DNA of 64,000 nucleotides, taken from NCBI GenBank assembly GCA_020348445.1, contig CP070751.1, forward strand, positions 4,956,303 to 5,020,302, given 5' to 3'. Origin of the DNA: Thermoplasmata archaeon (GTDB lineage: Archaea; Thermoplasmatota; Thermoplasmata; GCA-020350865). Made by a program: the position numbers and the translations under genes. Positions 54,552 to 64,000 of the stretch are shown here, one piece after another. How positions within the stretch are numbered: position 1 is the first letter of the stretch; every line of letters starts with the position of its first letter. Below the pieces are notes generated by a model. The model did no database searches, was not told the DNA's origin, and saw only the letters and a program-made list of their open reading frames with translations.

Positions 54552-55367
54552 TCAAGTCTTCTTCTTTATAAGCATCTCGATCTTTTCTGAAAGATCATAG
54601 GCTCCTGAGATTGCCTTTCCCTCTGCAATGATCTCTCCGTCTTCTATCTTTACCCTTCCCTCTGCAAATTCTTTTATTGTTTGGATGATCAAAGGGAGTT
54701 CCCTTTTGACTCCCTCGGCTCTGATTTCTGCAAATAGTGGTTGCCCTTCCCCTTCTTCATTCATGATATACTCGAGGCTTTTGTTCTTAAGTTTATTTTC
54801 CATATCCTGCCAGAGGCTGTCAAATTTTCCTCCTCGAATTGGAAATGTGCAGTATGTTATTGGGGGACCCCTATCCAGTATCTCTGTCACATGGTGCATC
54901 ATGACACCGGTTCTGTTTGCTTTCTCAGAAATGAGTTTCCAGATGACCTCCTGCCAGGTTCCTGTAGGTCCACCAGGCTCAGCGGGGTGCAGGTTTATCA
55001 TTGTATATTTATTACAAATCTCAGGGCCTGTAATGAGCATGTAGCCTGCAAGAACAGAGAGGTCCGGATTGTAATTCTCAAGGTTTTTTATTACTTCCCT
55101 GTCGTAAGCCAACCTCCAGTCCTCGATATTCCTCTTTCTAATTTCAGGCTCGAACTTCTTTGATGAGTAGCAAACCAGAGGGATGCCGTACCTTTCCACT
55201 AGATCAAAGAATGCATCTGATTCAGAGTCCTGCCCCCTTTCCCTGTTGCTGAATACGAAGGCAAACTCAACTGAAATAAATCTGCTTTGAATGGAATCCC
55301 AGACAACAGAAAGAAGCTCCCTTGCCGCCTCGTCCCTGCCTGAGGAAAACCAACCTAATCTATACAA
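54552..55367 (-). CDS. Formyltransferase-family (PurN-like) protein
   Basis: 'LGWFSSGRDEAARELL' and 'DLSVLAGYMLI....INLHPAEPGGPTG' resemble the PurN N-terminal fold. The function assignment is tentative. Confidence 0.45.
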   Translation of the reverse strand: MYRLGWFSSGRDEAARELLSVVWDSIQSRFISVEFAFVFSNRERGQDSESDAFFDLVERYGIPLVCYSSKKFEPEIRKRNIEDWRLAYDREVIKNLENYNPDLSVLAGYMLITGPEICNKYTMINLHPAEPGGPTGTWQEVIWKLISEKANRTGVMMHHVTEILDRGPPITYCTFPIRGGKFDSLWQDMENKLKNKSLEYIMNEEGEGQPLFAEIRAEGVKRELPLIIQTIKEFAEGRVKIEDGEIIAEGKAISGAYDLSEKIEMLIKKKT

Positions 55368-55453
55368 AATGTACGCCCCCTTGGATTCCGGGTAGGTAAA
55401 AACCTTTAATAAACCTTTTTACCCTAAAAGGCCATTCTCCCTGGGCGAAGAAT

Positions 55454-56434
55454 ATGTCCAACGTGATATGTTTCGATTTGGAGGGACCATTGTCTCCCCA
55501 GGACAATGCATACGAGGTAATGGGCCTCTTCGAAAACGGCCACAGGATATTCGAGATCATAAGCAGATATGACGATCTTCTGGCCCTGGAGGGAAAGGAG
55601 GGATATGAGGCAGGGGACACCCTTGCGCTAATAGCTCCATTTCTGGTGTACCACAGGATAACAGAGAAGCACGTAACTGAGGTTAGCAAAAAGGCCATGC
55701 TCGTAGACGGTGCAAAAGAACTGATTTCTCAGTTGAAGGAGACTGGCTGGGAGGTGTACATCATATCCACAAGCTACCAGCAGCATGCCTATAATATTGG
55801 TTCCCAGGTGAGCATATCACCAGAGAAAATACACTGCACCAGCTTTCCACTTGATAGTTACATCAGAGAGTTCGAGGGATTGGACACTACGCTTATCGCA
55901 GAGGCCGAGCAGGAGATACTGGAGTTGTATCCTCCAATAAACGACATGAAGGTCAAGATGCGGCTTGATAGGTTCTTCTGGAATGACATGCCCAAAAGCC
56001 CCATTGGAAGGGTGCTTTTTGATATGAGTGTGGTGGGAGGAGCACGAAAGGTTTCAGCTGCAGAGAGGGTGGCAAAGGAGCATGATCTGGATCTGAAGGA
56101 TATTGTTGTCGTGGGTGACAGCATCACAGATCTTAAGATGCTCAAGGCAGTAAATGATGAGGGAGGTCTTGCTGTGGCATTCAATGGAAACCAGTACGCT
56201 ATACCTGAAGCAACAATAGGTCTTGCCACCACGAACATGATGGATCTTATGAAGATACTGAAACCCTGGAAGGAGGGGGGCAGAGAGAAGGCGATTTCAT
56301 CCTTATCCGAGTATAAGGAAAAGAAGGAGCCTTATATTCATGTACTTGTAGATAGGAATGATTTTCAAGATATAATCGATGTTCACAAGAAGGTGAGGAA
56401 CATGGTGAGGGGAAGGGCAGCTAAACTGGGGTAG
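55454..56434 (+). CDS. HAD-superfamily hydrolase-like protein (EhaR-like)
   Basis: 'ICFDLEGPLS' (variant of motif I) and 'VVVGDSITDLKML' (motif IV). Confidence 0.45.
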   Translation: MSNVICFDLEGPLSPQDNAYEVMGLFENGHRIFEIISRYDDLLALEGKEGYEAGDTLALIAPFLVYHRITEKHVTEVSKKAMLVDGAKELISQLKETGWEVYIISTSYQQHAYNIGSQVSISPEKIHCTSFPLDSYIREFEGLDTTLIAEAEQEILELYPPINDMKVKMRLDRFFWNDMPKSPIGRVLFDMSVVGGARKVSAAERVAKEHDLDLKDIVVVGDSITDLKMLKAVNDEGGLAVAFNGNQYAIPEATIGLATTNMMDLMKILKPWKEGGREKAISSLSEYKEKKEPYIHVLVDRNDFQDIIDVHKKVRNMVRGRAAKLG

Positions 56435-56439
56435 ACCAT

Positions 56440-57354
56440 ATGCATATCGTAGGCTTGGGAGCATTGAATCTGGATCGATTATACAAGGTTCCTAGGATAA
56501 CAAAGGGAGACGAGGAGATCGCAATCCTTGAAGCTGTTGAGGAGCCTGGAGGCTCAGCTGCCAACACGATTTATGCCCTTAGAAAACTTGGTATGTCGGC
56601 TGGTTTTATTGGTGCTGTGGGTAATGATCCAGAGGCCAAGAAGGTCCTGGGTTCACTTGACAAAGTGGGTGTCGATACATCCCATATCAAGATCAAAGCA
56701 AATGCTCAAACAGGTCTTGTCATCGGAATTGTCGATCCCCAGGGAGAAAGGGCCCTATACATTGCCCCAAATGCAAACAATTTACTGACGTATCGCGACC
56801 TGGACAGGGAGCATATTCTAGGGGCAGATATCCTTCATATGTCCTCCTTTGTTTCAGATAAGCAGCTTGAGGTTCAAAAGAAGGCAGTTCGGATGTTGAA
56901 TCCCGTGACAAAATTGAGTTTTGCACCTGGATCATTGTATGTGAAAAAAGGACTTGATGCAATATCGCCTATAATCGAGAGAAGCCATGTCCTTTTTATC
57001 AACGAATCAGAGGCCAAGACGCTGATAGGAAAGGAATATGAAAGCGTATCAAATTTCTTAATTGATTCAGGCTGCAAGATCGTCGCGGTTACGCTCAAGG
57101 ACAAGGGATGCTTTATTACAGACGGTAACGAGTCGTATCATGTAGAGGCAGTTAATAAAAATGTGATGGACACAACAGGTGCAGGAGATGCTTTCTGCGC
57201 TGGATTTTTATTTGGCCTCTCCCAAGAAAGAAAATTGAGGGACTGCGGACTTTTAGGCAATATAGTTGCAGGAAGATGCATCTCGAAGATAGGTGCAAGA
57301 AGCGGACTTCCCAAAATATCAGAGTTGGAGAACACTTTAGCCGAATTAATATGA
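56440..57354 (+). CDS. PfkB-family carbohydrate/nucleoside kinase
   Basis: 'GGSAANT' and 'DTTGAGDAFCAGFLFG'. Lies 5 nt downstream of the previous gene. Confidence 0.85.
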   Translation: MHIVGLGALNLDRLYKVPRITKGDEEIAILEAVEEPGGSAANTIYALRKLGMSAGFIGAVGNDPEAKKVLGSLDKVGVDTSHIKIKANAQTGLVIGIVDPQGERALYIAPNANNLLTYRDLDREHILGADILHMSSFVSDKQLEVQKKAVRMLNPVTKLSFAPGSLYVKKGLDAISPIIERSHVLFINESEAKTLIGKEYESVSNFLIDSGCKIVAVTLKDKGCFITDGNESYHVEAVNKNVMDTTGAGDAFCAGFLFGLSQERKLRDCGLLGNIVAGRCISKIGARSGLPKISELENTLAELI

Positions 57355-57478
57355 TTTTTAGACGGTCAAAGGGAATGAAGCTATAAGAACCTTTATATAG
57401 AAGAACTGGTATAGGGGGATGCCTTTCCCTTGAAAGGCGCATAAAAAGTTAAGAATACCCTATATAAAAAAAGGGGAG

Positions 57479-59143
57479 ATGAAAAAAATGATGGGAGGAC
57501 AAACTCCGATATTGGTATTAAAAGAAGGAACAACAAGAGAAAAAGGAAAAGGTGCACAGGGAAACAACATCGCGGCTGCAAAGGCAGTTGCAGATGCAGT
57601 TAGATCCACATTGGGCCCAAGAGGCATGGACAAGATGCTCGTTGACAGCATGGGCGACGCAGTGATCACAAACGACGGTGTCACGATACTGAAAGAGATA
57701 GACATCGAGCACCCCGCGGCTAAGATGCTGGTTGAGGTTGCCAAGACACAAGATGAAGAATGCGGTGATGGCACCACAACAGCCGTTATTCTCGCAGGAG
57801 AGCTTCTAAAGAAATCAGAGGACCTTCTGGATCAGAACATCCATTCGACAATCATATCAAGCGGATACAGGATGGCAGCAGACAAGGCAAGGCAGATCAT
57901 GGAAAAGGTTGCAGAGCCAGTTAGCATCAAGGACAAAAGGACCCTAAAGAACATCGCAAGCACAGCAATGATAAGCAAGAGTGTAAGTGCATCAAGAGCC
58001 CTTATGGCCGATGTTGCCGTGGATGCAGTAACCAGAATTGCAGAGGAAAGCGATGGCGAATGGTACGCAGACAAGGACAACATCCAGATAGTGAAAAAGC
58101 AGGGCGGCTCAATTTCCGACACCAAGATGATAGCAGGCATAATAGTAGACAAAGAGCCGGTACATCCTGGGATGCCAAAGAAGGTTGAGAAGGCAAAGAT
58201 CGCTTTAATCGATTCAGCATTCGAGGTTAAGAAGACAGAGGTGGATGCAAAGATACAGATTACGGATCCAACACAGCTTCAGGCGTTTTTAGCAGAAGAG
58301 GAGAACATGCTCAAGGATATGGTACAGACAGTGAAGACTTCAGGGGCAACCGTTCTTTTCTGTCAGAAAGGAATCGATGACCTGGCACAGCACTACCTAG
58401 CAAAACAGGGCGTCTATGCTGTTCGAAGAGTGAAGAAATCAGACATGGAGAAGCTGGCCAAGGCAACAGGCGGAACAATAGTGACAAAGCTTGCTGACCT
58501 TACAAAATCCGATCTGGGTTCTGCAGCACTTGTGGAACAGAAGAAGATCTCAGATGACCAGATGACCTTTGTGACAGGATGCAGGAATCCGAAAGCAGTA
58601 TCGGTCCTCATAAGGGGCGGAACAGAGCATGTTGTGGATGAAATCGAACGCTCCCTTGAGGACGCTGTGGGTGTTGTCAGGGTTGCAATCGAGGATGGAA
58701 AGATCATCGCAGGCGGCGGCGCAACAGCAGCTGAGATCGCGCTCAGGCTTAGGGAGTATGCTTCCACCATTGGCGGAAGGGAGCAGATCGCAATCGAGGC
58801 CTTTGCAAATGCCATGGAAGTTGTACCGCGCACCCTAGCAGAGAACGCTGGTTTGGATCCAATAGACACCCTAATCGAACTCAGAAAGGCGCATGCCAAA
58901 GGTAAAAAGACTGCAGGCATCAATGTCTACACAGACAAAGTCGTTGACATGAGAAAGGAGAACGTGATCGAGCCTTTGAGAGTTGGAGTGCAGGCTGTAT
59001 CCTCAGCAACAGACGCTGCCATAATGATCCTGAGAATCGACGATGTGATAGCATCCAGGAGCACAGGTGGACCACCTATGCCTCCAGGCGGACCTGGTGG
59101 AATGGGCGGCATGGGCGGCATGGGTGGAATGGACGAATACTAA
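57479..59143 (+). CDS. ths: Thermosome subunit (group II chaperonin)
   Basis: '[10 protein letters not shown]', 'ITNDGVTIL', 'GDGTTT', and the C-terminal '[15 protein letters not shown]' tail. Confidence 0.95.
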   Translation: MKKMMGGQTPILVLKEGTTREKGKGAQGNNIAAAKAVADAVRSTLGPRGMDKMLVDSMGDAVITNDGVTILKEIDIEHPAAKMLVEVAKTQDEECGDGTTTAVILAGELLKKSEDLLDQNIHSTIISSGYRMAADKARQIMEKVAEPVSIKDKRTLKNIASTAMISKSVSASRALMADVAVDAVTRIAEESDGEWYADKDNIQIVKKQGGSISDTKMIAGIIVDKEPVHPGMPKKVEKAKIALIDSAFEVKKTEVDAKIQITDPTQLQAFLAEEENMLKDMVQTVKTSGATVLFCQKGIDDLAQHYLAKQGVYAVRRVKKSDMEKLAKATGGTIVTKLADLTKSDLGSAALVEQKKISDDQMTFVTGCRNPKAVSVLIRGGTEHVVDEIERSLEDAVGVVRVAIEDGKIIAGGGATAAEIALRLREYASTIGGREQIAIEAFANAMEVVPRTLAENAGLDPIDTLIELRKAHAKGKKTAGINVYTDKVVDMRKENVIEPLRVGVQAVSSATDAAIMILRIDDVIASRSTGGPPMPPGGPGGMGGMGGMGGMDEY

Positions 59144-59148
59144 AACCC

Positions 59149-59180
59149 TTCTTTTTTTCTCTTTTTTTTATATTTTTTTT
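59149..59180. terminator. Oligo-T/oligo-A termination region between convergent genes
   Basis: T7, T8 and T8 runs directly after the thermosome stop. They read as A-runs for the convergent minus-strand gene. Confidence 0.4.
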
Positions 59181-59236
59181 ATTCAATTCAATGGTGTGAA
59201 TTAAAAAATTGTTTGTGAGGCGGTTTATTTACTATT

Positions 59237-61447
59237 TCAGTTGGAAATTTCCCATACACAGTCAGCGGTGGCGTAAATCCAGTAACCAAAACCAGGTTCC
59301 ATAAAATCACCAGGTCCGAGCTTTACCTCTCTTTTTTCTTCGGTGTCAAAATACATGACCATATTGAAATTTCCGGCAATTGAAGATAATGCATCATCCC
59401 TGGTTCTGTTTGTAAGACAGGGATAACCTACCAGGTTCCACCCAATTTTTAGATTTATTTGGGTTACTGTAGGTACCTTTCCCGCAACGATAAGGTAGTC
59501 GCGATATATCATTAAGACATAATATCCATTCTTGTGATTTATCTCGATGACATCGTTGAAATATATTGGTTTACCTTTGTACCAGTGTAACCAAGGTTTG
59601 GATCTTCCAGCATGGTACGCCTGCACTCCAAAATAGCTACCGTTTATAGTTTGAAGAACATGTTCCATGGATGTATTGGTTTGAATCAATGGAATGGATA
59701 TTAGATTGCAGTCATCCATGAGAGAATTCACAAATTTACCCGCTTTATTAGTGTTCAGTTCCTCTTTATCTGAGGTATCATTGGCTCTTACGATATAGAA
59801 ATAATCGTTGAGATCCCCGTCCCCTGCATCGATATCTGTCCAACTGTACGATGATGAACCATTTGCTGGGACCCAGGCTGCATAATCGTAGCTTCCGTTA
59901 ATACCCGTGTTTGACTTGTATACTGTATAACCTGCGACATCATCTTCACCCCCGCCGTCATCATGGGAGGCATCCCATGAAAGCAATACATCGACTCCAT
60001 CGAACGTAAGATCAGCCTGAAATCCAGTAGGTGGCCTTGGAGCCATATTTGGTGGTAGCGGTGGGGAGGTGTAATTGGATGGGACGATTACTAGGACATC
60101 CCTTGATTTTGTGATAGTAGAGTTTTCAAAATCTGCATATCCCCAAAGTGTGCCATTCTGAGCCGAGATATTATGCGGATTGAAGTCTTTTGTCGTATGT
60201 TGGTATTTGATCATCTCCGTGACCAGGAACCATCTTGCCCATCCATTGATATCTGTTATTCTTGTGGGTGGTGAACCAGGATCACCGAACCTGTCCTTGA
60301 CATACACGGGCACGTAAGGTATATGGGTGTGATTTTTATCCTTAACCTCTACATCGATCCACCATTGAAGAGTCACACTGGATCCACCCGTTGAATTTAT
60401 TGTGGTATTATCCCATTCTCCAGAGAATTTCATTGGATTCCGAAGTATCGGGTGGGCGGGAAAACCCTGGGTATAATCATTTGCCTTCAACGTTAGAGCG
60501 CCGGCGGAGGCTCCTGCCTGGTAAAATGAGCAGTTATCCATAAAAATGGATGCCCCGTTGGTTCTTACATAATAATTACCAGGAACACCACCTTGAAACT
60601 CGCAGGTGTCAAGCACTGTCCCGTTGGACTTTTCCTCCACCAAAAGACCGTGACCTGGAATATCAAAACTATTGAAGTTAATCCGATCAAGAATTACGTT
60701 CGCATTGGAAACATACATACTGGGCATACCAATGCCATGGCCTATGAAGCTTACACCGGCGGTCAAATTCAAAGTGCCATTGCGAACATCCAGACAAACC
60801 CCAGTTGGTGCAGCGCTGTCATCAATTACGGTGAAATCCATGTTCGTGTAATTCACTACTCTATCCATTTGTATACCATATGCGCCTATATTTGTAAACA
60901 TGGATAGGGACACACCAGGTGCCATTAGGGATGCACTTTGGAAAACCACACCATCGTTTGCACCATCGAACTCGCAATCATATATTCTACCTTCACTACC
61001 TGGAAGGAAATATATGCCATCCCAACCTCCAATTCCTGAGGCAGCAAATACCGTTCTAGAGAAGTCATCCTCGTTATCATGGGTTATCAATTTGGCGTCA
61101 ACTGCCACATCTATCCTGGTTGCTCCCGATGCAAAAGTTACATCATTGGGAGGAGTTAATCCTTGTATAACCAGTGTATACCCGGGATTAACAAGATAAT
61201 TATGTGTTTGAACTATATGACTGTCAGAATTATCCCATACAACGATTTGGTTAACCATACCATCGGCATCAGTGGGACCGCCATCTTCTAGCATGGCTTG
61301 GCCCATGTCATGAATATAGGGTTGAGCCTTGGCTTTAGGTGTACTTAAAGGTAACAATAGGACTATGCTCGAAGCCACAATCATCCATACTACAAGAACC
61401 GAGGCTAATCGATTCTTGTCTTTTACATTTGCCCACTCCGCTCGCAT
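59237..61447 (-). CDS. Secreted beta-helix protein + FN3 + diverged copy of the island's C-terminal domain
   Basis: Signal anchor; pectin-lyase-like region; FN3 'DVLLSWDASHDDGGGEDDVAGYTVYKS'. The C-terminus 'CNLISIPL...KIGWNLVGYP...PGFGYWIYAT' has the same GWN..[SG].P ... G[LY]WI[HY] duplication as the 9606/14369/17337/22508 tails. Confidence 0.75.
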   Translation of the reverse strand: MRAEWANVKDKNRLASVLVVWMIVASSIVLLLPLSTPKAKAQPYIHDMGQAMLEDGGPTDADGMVNQIVVWDNSDSHIVQTHNYLVNPGYTLVIQGLTPPNDVTFASGATRIDVAVDAKLITHDNEDDFSRTVFAASGIGGWDGIYFLPGSEGRIYDCEFDGANDGVVFQSASLMAPGVSLSMFTNIGAYGIQMDRVVNYTNMDFTVIDDSAAPTGVCLDVRNGTLNLTAGVSFIGHGIGMPSMYVSNANVILDRINFNSFDIPGHGLLVEEKSNGTVLDTCEFQGGVPGNYYVRTNGASIFMDNCSFYQAGASAGALTLKANDYTQGFPAHPILRNPMKFSGEWDNTTINSTGGSSVTLQWWIDVEVKDKNHTHIPYVPVYVKDRFGDPGSPPTRITDINGWARWFLVTEMIKYQHTTKDFNPHNISAQNGTLWGYADFENSTITKSRDVLVIVPSNYTSPPLPPNMAPRPPTGFQADLTFDGVDVLLSWDASHDDGGGEDDVAGYTVYKSNTGINGSYDYAAWVPANGSSSYSWTDIDAGDGDLNDYFYIVRANDTSDKEELNTNKAGKFVNSLMDDCNLISIPLIQTNTSMEHVLQTINGSYFGVQAYHAGRSKPWLHWYKGKPIYFNDVIEINHKNGYYVLMIYRDYLIVAGKVPTVTQINLKIGWNLVGYPCLTNRTRDDALSSIAGNFNMVMYFDTEEKREVKLGPGDFMEPGFGYWIYATADCVWEISN

Positions 61448-61604
61448 TTATATCCCCTCTTATTTTTAAGGTTTTAATTTTGCAGTTTATCAACTCAGTT
61501 CTCCTTAATAAATCTTTTAGAACGAAATTTGAATGATAAAATTCTCCTTGAAGAAAGGCCAGTTTTTTATATTCGAATGCGTATAAATTTCTGGATATAG
61601 ATAA

Positions 61605-62123
61605 TCACCAATTCTCATAATGTATCAGTTCATCAATCGGTATTCTTGAGGCATAGCCAGCCTTCCCTTCTGAGTATCCAATAGGAAGTAAGGCCACAGG
61701 TCGAACATGGGGAGGCAAACCTAAAACTCGGGAAGCCGCATGCTCATCAAAGGCTCCAACCCAGCAACAAGCCAGACCAAAATCCACAATAGCAAGGAGC
61801 ATGTTCTCAATTGAAGCAGCAGAATCCTGGATGCAGTACAATTCCCTTCCTCGGCTCCCATAATGTGCGGTGCGTTTTAGATTGGCGCAGACAACCACCA
61901 CAACCGGTGCCTGGGCCACGAATCTTTGATCCAATGCAGCATGGGCAAGTTGCTCTTTTATTTCCTGCTTTTTCACGATAATAAAATTCCTTGGCTGGAG
62001 ATTTCCTGCAGATGGAGCCAGATTCCCAAGTTCGATGATCTCGTGAACTATCTTGTCATCCACAGGCCTTTTATCGAATCTTCTTACGCTTCTTCTGGTT
62101 TTTATGGCTTCGATTAGTTCCAT
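61605..62123 (-). CDS. Nitroreductase-family protein
   Basis: 'IEAIKTRRSVRRF', 'APSAGNLQP'. Confidence 0.85.
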   Translation of the reverse strand: MELIEAIKTRRSVRRFDKRPVDDKIVHEIIELGNLAPSAGNLQPRNFIIVKKQEIKEQLAHAALDQRFVAQAPVVVVVCANLKRTAHYGSRGRELYCIQDSAASIENMLLAIVDFGLACCWVGAFDEHAASRVLGLPPHVRPVALLPIGYSEGKAGYASRIPIDELIHYENW

Positions 62124-62193
62124 GTTCCCATCTCCAAAATTTTATAGTTGGTAAATGTTCTCTTGTGCTATTATCTTTTATGTAAACACAATT

Positions 62194-62283
62194 TCCCCTC
62201 CCTCCATAACCCCCTCCTCCCACCCTGAAAAATCATAAAAATAAACCCACCATCCAATTTCCCCCTCCACCCCCCCAATAAAC
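62194..62283. repeat. C-rich (G-rich on the minus strand) intergenic tract containing the motif CCCCCTCCACCC
   Basis: 'TCCCCTCCCTCC..CCCCCTCCTCCCACCC...CCCCCTCCACCCCCCCAATAAA'. The motif recurs at 63714-63737 and, as CCCCTCCACCC, at 12913-12923, always in intergenic DNA. Confidence 0.6.
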
Positions 62284-62429
62284 ACATAGAATGAATCCTT
62301 TCCTCCAAATCCTCCATACTCCCTTAGAATCCAACAGAAAAAGAGCACACCCGAAATACTTAAAAAAAACCTTCCCAAAACTACCTATATTCATAAGGCT
62401 GTACCCCCTTTTGATAGGGGGATGAGTGA

Positions 62430-63425
62430 ATGGAACAACCACTAAAAAAACAGGTTCAGGATTTTAGAGAAGGAGACAGTATACGAGGAAAATTTGCAGT
62501 GCGCACCAAGGAGACGCCTAGGGAGTACCGGAACAAACCGGGGAAGTACTTCTTTTTGGGTGTGGGTGACAAGACAGGAAACATTTCGTTAAAATACTGG
62601 GGTGTAGCAGACGATCGGATGCTAATCGATCTTTACAATTCTCTTGAAGTGGGAGATGTCATAGAAATAGCGGGGGAGGTTGCTATGGATAGATACGACA
62701 ACGTGCTTACCATAACCATGGACGAGGGAGTGCATTCCCTTCGAAAATGCGGCGAGGGTGAGTACAAACCAGAGGATTTTCTTCCTGTGTCTGAAAGGAA
62801 TATGGATGATATGATGGAGGAGCTGCACGCCGTAATGGGCTCTGTTTCAGATGAGAACTTGAAGGCATTGCTGGAGAGCTTTTTTTCCGATGAATTTTTT
62901 TCGTCTGCGTTTAAAGAATCCCCTGCTGCAATGAAGCATCATCACTGCTATATAGGGGGACTTCTGGAGCACACGCTAAACGTTGTAAAGCTGTGCGATT
63001 TGGTATCGTATACCTATCCCAAGCTGAACAGGGATCTGCTTGTTACAGGTGCCATACTCCATGACGTTGGGAAGATCGGATCATATAAAGCAGTAACCAG
63101 TATCGACATGACGGACCCGGGTAAGTTCCTTGGACACATAACCATGGGCTCTGCAATGCTGGAGGCGAAGTTATCTGGTATGGCAAATTTTCCTGATGTT
63201 CTGAAGATGAAGTTAAAGCATCTCATTTTGTCTCATCACGGAAACGTGGAATCTGGATTTCAGTCTCCCAAAGGATTGAAGATCCCCGAGGCAGCTGCAT
63301 TGTATTACGCGGATCTTTTCGATGCCAATGTCAAGGATTACCTCCAGGAGATGGAGAACGAGAAGAACCTTGAGGATGACTGGGTTTATTTGAGAGGAGT
63401 GGGTAACGAGGTTTATATGAAGTGA
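62430..63425 (+). CDS. OB-fold + HD-domain phosphohydrolase (YhaM-like 3'-5' exoribonuclease family)
   Basis: N-terminal OB-like region. HD motifs 'LLEHTLNV', 'AILHDVGK', 'ILSHHG'. Confidence 0.7.
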   Translation: MEQPLKKQVQDFREGDSIRGKFAVRTKETPREYRNKPGKYFFLGVGDKTGNISLKYWGVADDRMLIDLYNSLEVGDVIEIAGEVAMDRYDNVLTITMDEGVHSLRKCGEGEYKPEDFLPVSERNMDDMMEELHAVMGSVSDENLKALLESFFSDEFFSSAFKESPAAMKHHHCYIGGLLEHTLNVVKLCDLVSYTYPKLNRDLLVTGAILHDVGKIGSYKAVTSIDMTDPGKFLGHITMGSAMLEAKLSGMANFPDVLKMKLKHLILSHHGNVESGFQSPKGLKIPEAAALYYADLFDANVKDYLQEMENEKNLEDDWVYLRGVGNEVYMK

Positions 63426-63446
63426 TAGAGAGACTTGGGGGAGGAC

Positions 63447-63671
63447 ATGAAGGTCACTTGTCGCTTGGAGTTCAACTACGAGACCGAGGAGGAGGCCAAG
63501 GCAATTGTCAGGGCTGTGGAGGTGGACAATTACCAGTTCGTGAAGACCACCTTGGAGGGGAGAAAGATGATATCGGTTGCCGAGGCTGGCTCGATACCGA
63601 GTTTGATTCACACCTTGGATGATTTTTTAGCCTGTGTCGGGATTGCCGAGAAGGTTGTGAGGAAGGAGTAG
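63447..63671 (+). CDS. pcc1: KEOPS complex subunit Pcc1-like
   Basis: 74 aa, 'MKVTCRLEFNYETEEEAKAIVRAVEVDN....SLIHTLDDFLACVGIAEKV'. The ATG is preceded by 'GGGGGAGG'. Confidence 0.55.
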   Translation: MKVTCRLEFNYETEEEAKAIVRAVEVDNYQFVKTTLEGRKMISVAEAGSIPSLIHTLDDFLACVGIAEKVVRKE

Positions 63672-63823
63672 ATATATTCGTTAATATGAAATTCAATGAC
63701 CCGCCCTCCTTACCCCCTCCACCCACCCCAAAAAAATTACTAAAAAATAGAGTTCATGAAAACCTAATAAATTCCATCACACCCAAAACCTTATAATAAT
63801 TCCTTTTTAATTCCCTATTCCAT

Positions 63824-64000
63824 ATGGCGAGTATACAAAGGCCGAGAGGCACGCGTGATTTTGGGCCAGAAGAAATGGGCAAAAGAAGGTACATCGAAGG
63901 CATTCTAAGAAAAACAGCCGAGACCTTCGGCTATCAGGAGATCACAACCCCCACCTTCGAGCACTCAGAACTTTACACAGAAAGATCTGGCGAGGCAATA
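63824..64000 (+). CDS. hisS: Histidine--tRNA ligase, N-terminal fragment (runs off the window)
   Basis: 'QRPRGTRDFGPEEMGKRRYIEGILRKTAETFGYQEITTPTFEHSELY' is the typical HisRS N-terminus/motif 1. Confidence 0.85.
   Translation, partial: MASIQRPRGTRDFGPEEMGKRRYIEGILRKTAETFGYQEITTPTFEHSELYTERSGEAI

Noticed and set aside
62178-62442. Two minus-strand ORFs rich in Gly/Trp ('GGGGGNWMVGLFL')
   Set aside because: They are translations of the C-rich intergenic tract, with no start context and no motifs.

Overview
AT-rich archaeal chromosomal window. Archaeal markers are a group II chaperonin (thermosome), Pcc1/KEOPS, a Tsr3-like gene, and a tRNA with a bulge-helix-bulge type intron. A eukaryote-like Rab/Ras-type small GTPase hints at an Asgard-like lineage, but that cannot be established from this window. 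About 3.9-38.5 kb is an accessory, cell-surface and defence-flavoured island. It holds a decayed DNA methyltransferase gene whose 3' end recurs as same-orientation direct repeats between gene blocks. It also holds an AbiE-like wHTH/nucleotidyltransferase pair, two COG1373-type AAA+ ATPases, two toxin-antitoxin-like cassettes and a PQQ-like propeller protein. Four large secreted paralogues combine different beta-propeller heads (14 BNR blades, or 7 'FxVNTYT' blades) with one nearly identical FN3 + 183-aa C-terminal cassette. A 1769-aa adhesin-like protein closes the island. The most unusual locus is a minus-strand operon at 25.9-29.3 kb: a Zn-ribbon membrane protein, then a DUF2207-like membrane protein ending in a (Cys-Ala)6 tail, then a translationally coupled radical SAM/SPASM enzyme with a PqqD-like N-terminus. 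About 38.7-64 kb is mostly housekeeping: tRNA-Cys + cysS, crotonase, POT transporter, RACo-like ASKHA protein, small GTPase, PfkB kinase, thermosome, nitroreductase, OB-HD nuclease, pcc1 and hisS. Membrane-tethered wHTH regulators, a PrsW-type protease and an orphan DNA methyltransferase are interspersed. No rRNA, CRISPR array, transposase or integrase is recognisable. All calls come from reading the translations and the nucleotide sequence by eye; no database search was run.
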